From the NCBI GenBank assembly GCA_001179505.1, contig CDMY01000086.1, positions 1 to 64,000 on the forward strand: DNA of 64,000 bases, written 5' to 3'. The position numbers and the translations under genes were made by a program. Below are positions 23,201 to 35,403 of this stretch, piece after piece. Positions within the stretch are counted from its first letter, which is position 1, and each line of letters begins with the position of its first letter. This DNA is from Vitrella brassicaformis CCMP3155 (Eukaryota > Protista > Chromerida). The notes under the pieces were generated by a model that had not been told where the DNA came from, did not search any database, and worked only from the letters and a program-made list of their open reading frames with translations.

Positions 23201-24752
23201 CATCAGGGATCTCGTTGAGAGGAGCCCACTGCTGGCCCCTGCCGTGTTCACGGCGCTGGTGGTTTTGGTCATGGGCCTGTCCACACACAACCAGGACTAC
23301 CACCCCTCCCTGCACACGCGCAGGGGGCAGATCGGGTTCATGTCGGGCCTGTCCAACGCAGGCAGCCGGTTCTTCACCCTGCTGACCAGGATCGGCGCCT
23401 TCGCCCTCATCGTCTTGTTCCTCTACAACCTGATCACCGACACGACTTACCGGTTGTCATTCGGCACTATCGTGGGCGGCATGGTCGCATGCTTGCTGGC
23501 CTTCCTCTCCATAACCACCGTCCTGGCCGAGTGTTTCGGCTTCGTCGAGTGGTCCCCCGTCGTCGAGACGCATCGGTACGCGAGCAGCAGACAGACGCTC
23601 ATCAGAGCAGCGCAGTGGAGTAGATGTGTGTGTGTCTGCTGTGTGTTGGGCAGGCTGTGGCATTTCCTGCTGGGGGCGCTGCAGCTGGCCCCTCTGATCG
23701 CCCTGGCGGCCCTCAAGTACGTCTTCAACACCAGCGAGCTGCAGACCTACTACCTGCTCAACTCGTACGGCGTGGCCCGGAGCCAGCTGCACATGGGGCA
23801 CGTCCGCAAGATGCTCCAGAAGATCCGCATGGAGCAGAAACACCACTCCAAGCCGCAGCAGCACCAGCAGCAGCAACCGGGAACACCAGTCAACAACGCC
23901 AGCAACAACAACAACACGCCGGTCCAGACCCCCAAGAGCGACGCCGGGCGGGAGATGGCTATGGACGGCGTGTGCGACGACCAGCAGAGCGAGTCCCGGA
24001 TGCAGACCCCCATTGCCATCCGCTACCAGTACTCATCATCATCTCCCGTGCCGACAGCGATCACCTGTGACTCTGAGGCCGTGCCAGACGTCCCCGATGA
24101 CCCCCAGGTGCGCACGCCGCTGCCTGACACTGACACGCCGCAGAACAACGTCAGCGGCCAGGATGACACCCCCCAGACAGCTGCAGGAGAGCCACAGCTA
24201 GCCCCAGACGAGCCGGAGACATACGTCGACCAGCCACAGCCGCGGAGCCCCGAAGCAGCTGTGGACGCACCTGTTGACGCACCTCCTGAGGCAGATCCTG
24301 ATGTCGAGACCCAGGCAGCACCAGCACCACCAGCAGAGGGTGGTGGGATGGTGGTCGAGGACATGTCATTGGTGATCGCAGACCGCGGCGAGGCCGATGG
24401 CGCGTGTGTTGACGACCACGACTTGGACCGCCACTCGGTAGCTAGCAGCATCACCAGTGACGGCGATCTGATGTCCTCAAAGCAGTCCGACATGTTCGGC
24501 GATTTGTTTGAGGAGGAGGATGAAGATGAAGATGAGGAGACCCTCCACGACCCCGCTGTGCCACCGAACGACGGCCTTGCGCGTGAGAGCCCCGAGGCGT
24601 TGGTGGCGGGCATGATTGGTCGCGAGAGGGAGCGGCGTGCTGCGGAGCGCGCGAGGCAGGAGGAGGCCATCGAGAGGGTCATGCGGGAGGCCCGGGAGCG
24701 GCGGGAGAGGGAGGGGCCCGAGTCGGATGAAGAGAGACACTGGTTCACATGA
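14292..24752 (+). CDS. FKS1: 1,3-beta-glucan synthase / callose synthase-like (GT48, FKS1 family), multi-exon
   Basis: FKS1 domain-1 motifs LFKNYRRWC and LMWGESANLRHCPE. Catalytic region [97 protein letters not shown]. Many TM segments and an acidic C-tail ending EEERHWFT*. Confidence 0.93.
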
Positions 24753-26108
24753 TGACATGACATGAGATGGGGCGGGCGGTGGGTGCTGACTGGGCGGTGA
24801 GTGACCTGGGCCTCCTTCATACACACGTGTGGGTGGTGGGTCGCATGCCCTGCGTACTCGGTTACCTGGGTTTTGCCTGCGAGCACTGACTGCATGCCGT
24901 GTTATGCTGCCGTGGCGTTCGTTCGGCCGTCCGTTGTTTTTGCTCCTCTCTTCGCTGTTGTAATGCTCGGCCGGCCGGAGTCGGCTCGGCCGCTTTATTT
25001 CATTGTGGTATCGTAACGTAGCCTAGCCTCCATCCATCCAGCCATCCATCCACCCACCTACCATTCCAACCACCCTTCCATCAGTCGCCGTGTTGTAAGA
25101 TTTAGAAGGCCATGGGATTTTCTTACTGATCGAAGTTTGCGCTGCTGCTAAGTCGGTTCATGCGTTGCCTTCATGTGTTCATGTGTTCATGTGTTGTGCT
25201 GCGCTGCGGACAAGGTCGCCGGTCCTGCGCCAGCCACCCGGCCTCGCTCATTTGGGTGCTGTGCTTTTCTTACTAAGACACAGACAGAAAACTGGGCTCA
25301 TGGTGCATGTCGTCATTACTACTGCGTGTGTGTGTGTTGGGTGGGTGTAATTGCATGTGTGTGTGTGTGTGTGTCTGTGCGTGTCTGTGTGTGTGTGAAG
25401 CCCGTAGCTATGCTAGAGCTGTATCGGCCACCATTAACCAAGCAAGCAACCAAACAAGTGTATGCGTGTTATAATGCTCCTCCCACGTTCGTTGTGTGTG
25501 TGCGTGTCATGTCTGTCTGTGTTGTGGTGTCTGTCCTGGGTGTGCTGACTTGAGGTGTGCCCGCCTCAGGCGAACTTTTTGCATATCACCTACCTGCATC
25601 CATCCATACGTACGTATTTCTGCATACATACAAAAGAGAAAAGGGCGCTGTCACGGCACGGGCTGACAGACACTGACCGATTGAAACAAGTGAATTGCAC
25701 ACAGTCGCATGCATGTTTCCATGTCCTTCTCTCTCTATGTCTGGGTCTCGGTGTCTCTCTCTGTGTGTCTGCGTATTTTCCTGACTGCTTGTATGATGGG
25801 GCCCACATGAGTTGCATGCCTGCCTGTGTGTGCTGTGTGTGGTGTGAACCGACCGACCCCTTTCGTACACCGCCCGTTTTTTGTAAGGCGTAGGCCTCTC
25901 GGCCGATCGACGATTTGATGATGCAGCTCCCTCCCTGTCTGTGTGCCTGTGTGTGCGCATGTGCATGTGTGGGTGTGTGTTGATTTTGTTCCGTTTCACT
26001 TTTTGCGAGCGAGCAGAGCATGCAAGCGGCGCAGCGCAGCGAAAGCCGGCAGGCCAGGCAGCCAAGCCATTTTGTTAGTCTTATCGTACGGTGTATGTGT
26101 GTGTGTGT

Positions 26109-26408
26109 NNNNNNNNNNNNNNNNNNNNNNNNNNNNNNNNNNNNNNNNNNNNNNNNNNNNNNNNNNNNNNNNNNNNNNNNNNNNNNNNNNNNNNNNNNNN
26201 NNNNNNNNNNNNNNNNNNNNNNNNNNNNNNNNNNNNNNNNNNNNNNNNNNNNNNNNNNNNNNNNNNNNNNNNNNNNNNNNNNNNNNNNNNNNNNNNNNNN
26301 NNNNNNNNNNNNNNNNNNNNNNNNNNNNNNNNNNNNNNNNNNNNNNNNNNNNNNNNNNNNNNNNNNNNNNNNNNNNNNNNNNNNNNNNNNNNNNNNNNNN
26401 NNNNNNNN
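26109..26408. other. Assembly gap (300 N) between a (GT)n tract and a poly-G tract
   Basis: 300 N flanked by gtgtgtgt on the left and gggggggggg on the right. Confidence 0.99.
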
Positions 26409-27108
26409 GGGGGGGGGGAGGGGGCGGGCGTCCGTCCGTCCGTCCGTCCGTTGAGTCCACAGACGCCCACCCAGCCACCGACCGCCGACACCCTCTCTCT
26501 CACACAAGACACGCCACGCCACGCCACGCCATGCCATGTAGATAGCCACCCACATACAGACAGACAGACCGATGCGTTCGGCCGGCCGGTCTTTCTCTTT
26601 TGTCTGCCAGCTTGGCCCCCCGGCTCCTTCCCTTCCCTTCGTGTGTGTGTGCATCGATCTGTCTCGTGCATGCATGACAATGGCATGGAATGGAATGAGT
26701 GACAGCGCTCGGGTGCGCTCGCTGGCTGCCGAATCACCACGAGGGCACCCCGGGCCATTTTAACTAAGGTACCTACGTGTGTGCGGTGAAGTGGATGGAT
26801 AAACTAACCTTGAGGGACGGTGCCGTGTTGTGTGTGAGTGACGCGAGACAGACAGACAGACAGACGGACGGGCGGACCGGACCATTCATCGGTCGGTCAT
26901 TGTATGTGTGGTGAATAAATTTCATTACCAGTGAGTGACGCGTACACACACAGGTCGGTCGGTCGGCAGAGTGAGCCGGTCCTCACTGGATGGATGTCGC
27001 CTCAAAACCAAAACCACGCCAAAACACCAAAATCAATTTGGCAGGTCAGCTCGTCCACTGAGGTACCCCACCCCACAGTCCCCACCCCACCGCATCCCCG
27101 GCACTCGC

Positions 27109-28873
27109 TCAGTTGTCGGGCCCTATCTGTTTCTTGATCCACTCGATAGTGTGCTCGAAGATCTGCCCACACACAACCATGGCACGCCACACACATACAG
27201 CAAACCTATCGACCTCTGCACAAAAACCCACGCCTGGCGTGCAGAGCGTACCACTTCGTTGCCGGGCTCGTGGTGCAACGCATGCCACCGGTCGGGGAAC
27301 TCGAGCAGCGTCTTCTCCTGAATGATGACACACACAACCTCACTCACAGTCACCACATCACTCACACCGTCGCCTCGCTTCGCTTCGCTTCCTTGTGTGT
27401 GATACCTTTGAGGACGCCTCCTTGTGCAGGCGGTATGCGCCGTCAGGCTCCACGAGAGTGTCGTCAGGGTTGACCAGAATCAGCATCGGGACCGCGACCT
27501 TCGCCAGGTCAGCCTCAACCCTGACAGAACACAAACACCCACCTCTCCCCCTCTCCCTGTGTCTGTCTGCGTGTGTGTCGAGTCGACTCACTTGGCCACG
27601 CCAGCAAGATTCTCCTTGGCAAAGCGGGTGCGTATCCTGCAGGCAGGCAGGCAGGCACGTGACACACATGGTCAGGTCACCAGCCACCCGGCCGGCGCCA
27701 CAAGAGGCTCACAGCGTTCAAGATCGACTGACTGACTCACCTGCCTTTGTAGAAGTAGGGGTCGTTCTGCTCCACCTCGCGCTCCTCCGGAAACGGCGAC
27801 TCCTAAAGAATGCCACGTAATCCAACACAGGCATGAACAAACGCGCCACCGTCTGCCTGTCTGCCTGTCTGTCTGCCTGCCTGCTGGTCTACCTCTTTCT
27901 CGCCAAGGGCCAGGTTGGGCAGGACGGCAGACACCGCCCCCAGGAGAGGCAGCAAGATGCGATTGATCGGCTTGGCTTTGACCTTCTCCAGACTCAGCAT
28001 CGGACTCATCAAAATGAGGGCGTCGATGTCGCCCTCGCTGTCCGTCTGCGTCGTCCGTGTGGCAATCAGGCCGCCCATGCTCATGCCCAGCAATATCAAA
28101 GGCAGCCGTCCCTGGGACCTGGTGGACACACACACACAGACAGGACGAAAGACTTGCTTGTTTCGGCCGTTGAGTGCGGGCGTGACCGTCCCCCTACTTT
28201 GTGCGCTGTCTGACGGTCTTGATGACCAAATGGGCGTCATCAACGAAGTCGTCAAAGTGCTGGCAGGTCGCCCTGCAATGCACACACACACCCAAAGACA
28301 CACACACACACAGACGAACGCATGATCCACAGGCCTGGCCTGCAGGCTCTATCTCGTCAGCTTCAGGGTACTTGTATCCGTGCCATCCCTCCGAGCGGCC
28401 GAAGGACTGATGGTCATAGGCGCACAGCGACGCACCAGCCTTGTTGAACCTGCAGCCGCCCACCCACACGTGCAGTGGCACCATCGTGTGCGGTGGTGTG
28501 TGTGCCTCTCTCTCTCTCACTTTTGTGCCCATGAGCCTTCGTATGTGAGTTTTGGGTGCATCATCCACTCTATGTGGGCGTGGGCAGAGTAGCCATGAAG
28601 ACCTGCACAGTCAGCAAAGGTCAGCGAGTCAGTCAAGAGACTTGGCAGCGCAGCGCCTGTCTGTGTCCGGGCATACCAACGACGATGAATTTGGGCTGCT
28701 GGACCTCCCACAAAAAGCACGCCAGCGACAGGCCCTGCACACACACCCACGCACACCCACGCACAAGTCACAGGGAGGCGGTTTGGTCACTCGATGAAGA
28801 CCTGCTTGTTTTTGAGGGTTTCTTTCGTCGGGCTGCCGTCATCGGGGTACGGATCTGCAGATGCCGACGCCAT
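27109..28873 (-). CDS. Monoacylglycerol lipase / lysophospholipase-like alpha/beta hydrolase (Hydrolase_4), multi-exon
   Basis: Motifs LHGYSAH, YDHQSFGRSEG, HFDDFVDD, nucleophile LLGMSMGG, acid NPDDTLV, His WHALHHEPG; ends IFEHTIEWIKKQIGPDN*. Confidence 0.88.
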
Positions 28874-29804
28874 CGATAGATGAGAAACTGAGGCAGGTGC
28901 CGATGTTCCCTATTCCGGCGCGCCGATCGGTCAGAAATTGTACGACATCGATAGCATTCAAAGTTCCCGGGAATCGTCCACAACATGCAACCGTCACTGT
29001 ACACACACACAGAGCACCCAAGCCTCAGCGGCCCATCACTGGAACAAAAATATCGTGCAACTATCCATCCATCCATCCGTCAGTCATCTCTCTCGTATGT
29101 CGCTGTGTCGCATCCATCCATCGAAAACACACATGATCTCTCTCCCCCCCATGACACGTGATGTTGCATTCAAAACTATGTACTCATGGACGGACGGACG
29201 GCCTTCGTTCCATCTATCACATCGACTGATGGAATGATGGCCGTTGGCTACCTCTCACACGTGTATCCCATCTCACCCACAGGCACAGCAGGGCAGTCAT
29301 GCAAACAACGGACACACAGTCACCACACAAGCCCCCCACCTCTGGCCATCCGATATGATGCACACGGATGCCCTTCGTTTATTGCCCGAGATGGATGTCG
29401 ATCACGTTGCATGTGTGTTGCAACATAAGAGCATCGTCGTCGAGCACTACACAAAGAAGCCATCCATCTGCAACATATCAGATCAGATCCGTTGCCCCAA
29501 GCACATCTGTATTCTCGTCAGCCGTGCTCCTCGGTCTCGACTCCCGGCAGAGGCGATCGAATGCGCGGAGCCAAGCAGAGGCACGTGGCGGGAGGGACGC
29601 CACGTTTCTGCTCGGCCCCGGGCGTTCCATCGGGTCAGCCGGTCAGCCAAGACGCAGAACAGCAGGAATAGGGGTGGGTAAGTCTCACTTGACCAAGACA
29701 CGCACGCATCGTCGACACCTGACCAACACACCACACACACACACGGGCGTGTATGGTGGGTAATGCACCACCCCGCCGCACAGCTCCATCCCTCACCTGA
29801 TTGA

Positions 29805-32324
29805 TCATTTCGCCTTAGCCGCCCGGACCTCATCAGCTGCCGTTTTGAATTCGAAGGCCTCTTTTTGGTAGGTCACGTCCCTGTTCTGCCATGTCTTGAG
29901 GTCAAGGAACGCCTCAGCCATGTCCAACTCGGGGTCAGGCTGAGGACACACACACAAGGGGGGGACGGGACGCACCATGCATAGTGATGATTGGTCGGTG
30001 GACGGACGTCTCTGAGTGTGTCTGTGTCTCGTTGCTTACGAAGTCGTCGTTCTCTTTGGAGAGGGCCTCTCTGTACTCGTCGGTGATCTCGTCTTCCGCG
30101 TTGAAGCCCGTGTCCTCATCCTCCTGGCACAACACAACACGGCCGATCGACACGACCAGCATGTGTGTGTGGTGAAGGAATGAGATGGATAGATCACTAA
30201 GTAGCTCACTTGCGAGACTTCTAGTGATGTGCCGTCCTCCTCCTCAAGAGTGATCACTGGCGGCACCTCTCCGGTCTCCAACAAATACTCCGCACGGGCG
30301 AAATCCTGATACATGGCAGCATGCCACACACACACAAACGTAAGTGTGCTGTCTGTCTGTTCATTCTGATCCTGACCTTCCTGGTTGCAATCTCGAGGGC
30401 CGTTTCGTCACGAGCCCCCCTGGCATCCTTGTCCGCACCACTCTGATACACACAGACACACACACGTGGTGGGTGGGTGAGCTGCGTTGCCCTCCCTCCT
30501 TCTTTGTGTCGTGTGCGTGAATGTGGCGGTCTGTCTGTCTGTGCCTCACGTCGAGCATGAATTTGATCATGTTGAGGTTGCCGGACCGCGCCGCGTCGTG
30601 GAGGGGCGTCTCGAACAGGGCGTCACGCGCATTCACCAGCTTCTTGTCAGCCTGCACCACACACACATGACAAACATCAACTACGTCATGAAGGCCCCTC
30701 CTCCATCCCGCAACTCACCCCAATGAGCGTCTTGGCGACGTCCATGTTGCCGCCGGCCGCTGCGATGTGTAGTGCGGTTGACCAGCCATTGGCGAAGGTG
30801 CCCCTCTTGGCGTCTGGCTTGACCTTGCCCTTCCTGCGATTGACCATACCATGTCAGCCACACGACACAACAGGCCCACACCATGCCACCTCTGCCCACG
30901 GGTCCATGTGGTGTATGGTGAGTCAGTCTTACTTGAGGATCAGGTCCATGATTTCTGAGGTGCCCTTCGGTCCGGCGGCTGAGTGGATGATGCCGTTGCC
31001 CGCCTTGTCACTGTGGCTGGTGTTGGCGCCGGCGTCGATCAGGGCCTTGACACACGCTGTCCGGCCCTCCTCAACCGCACCCTGACATGACACGCAAGCC
31101 AAGCCCCCACACAACGGACGGAGAGGAGAACATCCATCACCAACAGCTCGTCTCGTTCCCCCCCCATCTCCTCTCTCTCTTGTTCTCACTCACCTGCAGC
31201 GGTGTCTTTCCGAATTTGTCCACCGAGTCGAGGTCGCCCCCCTTGCCGACCATCATCTTGGTCAGCGAGGGATTGCCGCTCTTGGCTGCCGCGTGCAGCA
31301 CCGTCTCGCCGTTCTCGTTCCTCATCTTCAAAGCCACATCAGCACCAGGCGCCTTGAGCAACAGGCTCACCGTCTCCTCACGACCCTCGGCACACGCGAA
31401 GTGCAGCGGCGTGTTGGAGCCCGCCTCGCTGAAGGACCGGGCGGCCACACCGACGCCGTAGTCGAGCAGTGCCTGGACCTTCTTCATGTCAGCTGGTGCC
31501 ATGGTGGCTGCCGCCCGCTCCCAGGCCTTGTTGAGGACGTCGTCGAGCGAGACCGCCTCGATCTGCGCGAGGAGCGCCTGCACGGCTGCGGTGTGGCCGT
31601 TGCGGGCCGCAAGGTGGAGAGGGGTGAAGCCGAAAGCGTCCTTCAGGTGAAGGTCGGCGCCTCGCTGAACACACACACACACACACATCAACCACCACCC
31701 ACAGCCATAGATGTGTGTGTATGGGCAGAGTGCTCCCCCCTCCCTCCCTCCCTCCCTCCCTCCCTGTGTGTGAGTGCTCACCGGCAGCAGGAACTGGACG
31801 GCCTGCATGTTGCCCTCGTTGCACGCCTTGTGCAGTGCCGATTGCCCCAGGCTGTCGGGCTCGTTGATATCCGCCTCCCCCAGCACAATCATCTCCTTGG
31901 CGCTGGCAATGTCGCCGCTGAGGACCTTCTGGTGGAACTCGGGCAGATCGCCGTACGGCCCAGTGGTCTTGGCCTCGACCAACTCGCGGATCTTGTCAGC
32001 GATCTCGCCGGCGAGCATGGGGTCCTCACGGCCGACCGCGTCAGGGTCCAGCTCCAGGTTGCTCATCAGCGAGGCGATGTCCTGCGCCTCCGTGGTGGTC
32101 AGATCAAACGTGGGGATGCTGTAGCCGAGGTTCTTCTCAATGGTGTCCTTGACAGGCGTGGCCACGCCATGCAGCCGCGTGGGGTTGGATGATGGGGCGT
32201 GCCTGCGGGATGCGGGGGAGGGCGGCACGAAAGCGGGAGCGTTGATCTGCCGTCTCAGCTGGAAGGACAGGCAGGGGGTGGCGCTGAGGGAAAAAATCGC
32301 CACGATTGCGATAAGCGACTTCAT
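29805..32324 (-). CDS. Ankyrin-repeat protein with bipartite (signal + transit) plastid-type leader, multi-exon
   Basis: Leader MKSLIAIVAIFSLSATPCLS-FQLRRQINAPAFVPP. Ankyrin repeats GQSALHKAC, GFTPLHLAARNGH, SNTPLHFAC, GETVLHAAAKSGN, FETPLHDAARSGN. Last exon FPDPELDM...RAAKAK*. Confidence 0.88.
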
Positions 32325-32717
32325 TTCGCTGACCACCAGGGGGACGGGTGGGGAGGGGGAGCCCAAAAAAGAGAAGAGAGGGGAAACTGCCTTTTTCGCG
32401 AGCCAAGCGCGCAGACGGAGCCGATCGCGCGCTTGGAAAAGAGGGACTCATTTCGCTACCAACCGCCCCAGGCTCAACGGGTGTTCCGGCGTCGCCACAC
32501 ATCTTGTGCACATATAGCAATCGTGGTTGTTTCGTGTTGTTCAGGCACCGAACACGAAGCCATCGATCGAGCCATCGATGGTGAGCGCAAGAGCGCAAGC
32601 AAGACAGCACCACACCTCGGATATGATGTGCCTGTGGATGCATCAATCGATCCGCCTGTGTGGTTGTGCTTGTTGCAGCTGCCTCCCTGGCGTTGGCTAT
32701 GTGGCCTGGCGGCAGCC

Positions 32718-35006
32718 ATGCTGTGCATCTCTCTCTTGGCTGTGTTGATGGTGGTGTGCGACGCCTCTGCGACGACCTCGTTCATCCACCGTGCGTCAGC
32801 GACCGGCAGCAGCTTCCGCCGGGCAAGGCCGGCCCCTGGCGCCCTTGGAATGAGCCAGCCACCAGGTGCGCAGCTGGAGATGGGGAGGGGAGGAGAGGAG
32901 ATATGTGCTCTGCGGCCACCAGGGCGACAGGTGCATTCATTGCCTTGCCTCTGTGTGCACACGCGTGTGTGTGTGTGTGTGTGTGTGTCAGGGGAAGCTC
33001 CTCCACGATTCAAACTCGTTGCTCAAGACCTCATGAGTGTTGACAAGCTCACAGACGTCCGCAACCAGCGTGTCTTGGGGAAGCTGCCCACCCTCGTTCC
33101 TCCACCTGGGGCGCCTAACTATGTCGGCCTCGACGAGCTCCGGCAGATGGTAGAAGGCAGCATGGGCTGGTCGGCCCCGATCCTGGATCTTCACAAGACG
33201 GAGGATTCGCGGGAGTTCCGCGTCGGGCCTACAGCTGTGTCGCGCTTCGCTCGCGGGGGCAAGACCCGCATGCTAACTGAGATCGGCTTGTTGCTTCAGG
33301 AGCGCAAGATTCCTACGCTCTTCATCACCTTCAGCGACTTTACTGAAATGGAAGACGGCGAGCGCGACAGCATCAATCCGTTGGAGTCCATCTTGATGCG
33401 GATTGCATGGGCGACAGCACCAGAAGAGACGGTCGCTAAGGTGGTGGCGCACGCGCGAGAGACTTTCAGCGACATGGAAGACAAGACCGTGCACGACTTC
33501 ACCTTCCCTGACTGGCTCGAGACAGCATCGATTAGCGAAGGGGAGATCAAGAAGTGGCTCGGTCAGAGTCAGCTCATCTTGCTCGTGGATGAGCTGAATC
33601 AGCTGCTCACCACGGACCTCTTGGACTCACTGGTCAGCATTGAGACCGACGAGGCGACAATGGGCAAGCAGCGCGTGGCTGCGAAAGCGGCAGAATTCCT
33701 CAGGTTGGTGTTCCTGAAGGAGGAGGGACGCTACTTGATCTTCTCCAGCCACGTTGCAACGGTCGGCAGCCGGCTAGAAGACTACTGGTTGCTGATCAAA
33801 AGGGGCCGCCGAGTCGTCAAGCTGCGGATCCCGGTGATTAACGAGCTAGCCGACGCACAAGCCATCACCCGTTGCACACACGGCGGGCAGATTTCCTGGA
33901 CTGGGAGAGCACCTTCACTGCTGTACGAGCTCTTCAAGCGGAGCCCCACTTGCGAGTCCACAGATCTGGAGGGTGTGAGGCGGCTCTTCTCAGGAGCTAG
34001 CACACCCATGGATGCGGATATTGCCAGGGCCATCATTCGGTCAGCCCTCGATGGGGACCCGAATTGGGTTGCTGCTCTCGGCGCACTGGCGGGGAACGTT
34101 GACGCTTTCGGCGAGAGCATCGTATGGCCCCCGTGCTACTTGGGCACAGCTTGCGATTTGCTGTCTAACACCGAAAACGACGCCATTCAGTCGGCACTCG
34201 GCGGGGCGTTCATCTCTGGTGTCGGGCGTGTTGAGCCACTCTTGAAAGAGCTGCTAGAGGACAAAGGCTCCGGGTGACGGTGGCAGGGCGTGACTGCTGC
34301 CGCGGTTCTCCTGAGACTGCTGGACAGCCACATGGCGTACCTCAGCAGTGGTTTCCCGTCGCAGCTGCCTGATCCCGCAGATCTTCTTCTCCCTTTCCCC
34401 GTCACCATGGGCTGGCGGTTTGGAGGCTGCCGGTTTGGAGGGTTTGTGGACGTTTCTCGGTTTCGGGGCGTCAAGGGAATCGAGAAGGGCGAGGTCAAGA
34501 CCCTCAGCCAGCTCATCGATTGGTGGAAGGAGCGCGCGGCATCCATGTCCATGCCTCGTCAGTTAGGAGACGGGTTCGTGTCTTACCTGGTGAAACCGAC
34601 CAACCCGCAATTCGAGGGATTTGACTTCTTCGTCTTCGTCGAGCGCGATGGTCGCCTATCCCACAGCTGGGGCTATCAGGTCAAGGAGGCAACCACGGAA
34701 CCCTCAGACGAGGCGACGGCGACCATCAAGAAGGCTTTGAAGGGCGTCGCCAATCTCTCGGATTCCACACACGGCATCGAGATTGCCGTCGTGTGGCTGC
34801 AAGGTGATTCCTCATCATCACCCAAGGGCCAGGAGCGTGAGGACAAGATTGGCAGCATCGAGGGCTGGCCATTCTACCATCCTTCTCCGAGGACAGTCCA
34901 GCTGTTCTTGGGCACGTCACTGGCCGAAACGTGCCCCTTCAAGCTGCTGGACGCGAGTTCAAGCTGCTTGACGCGAGAAGAAAGTGTTGAGAGGGTGTCT
35001 GACTGA
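32718..35006 (+). CDS. Crinkler-like P-loop NTPase + PD-(D/E)xK (REase-fold) nuclease protein, interrupted by one in-frame TGA (34275-34277); pseudogene or readthrough
   Basis: Hydrophobic leader MLCISLLAVLMVVCDASA. 126-nt intron 32866-32991, then a 2-kb intronless exon. Walker A-like SRFARGGKT, Walker B LILLVDELN. After the stop the same frame gives VKPTNPQFEGFDFFVF...WGYQVK. Confidence 0.65.
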
Positions 35007-35403
35007 CGGGCAGTTGTTTGATGTTTTTCGCGAGTTATGACTGTGCGTTGACGTCGAAAAGTGGTGGTTTAAGGACTCTCGACCGTCTTCCTTTCAGTAT
35101 GAACATTCGGCGCTGATTGATCGCACCATGCATACGAACTACACAGTCACCGATCGTCATGACACACAGCACTTCCCTCTCAGACGCATCGCATCAATCG
35201 CAAACGTCCCACCCATCCATCTAACCACCCATCCATCCATCCTCTCTCTGGCCACAAGTGCATAACCGCCACTCGTTCAAATGAACAGACACGCGTAGCT
35301 TAGCTGGCGAAGCGCTTCATCCACCGTGAGTCACCCACCAGTATTTTGCTAACACGAATGTATGAAAGCAAATCGGTACGTACATGGCTCACGTCAAGTC
35401 AAG

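Noticed and set aside
25330-26108. Repeat-rich stretch as a CRISPR array or ncRNA
   Set aside because: Only simple (GT)n/(CCAT)n microsatellites; no constant repeat with unique spacers and no RNA-family signature.
31293-32192. Long antisense ORFs (e.g. 31293-32192 +, 20929-21558 -, 24023-24895 -)
   Set aside because: Shadow frames opposite real high-GC coding exons, with no independent motifs.
34275-34277. TGA as selenocysteine
   Set aside because: The context (SG*RW) is not a redox Cys position and I could not identify a SECIS; readthrough or nonsense mutation is more plausible.
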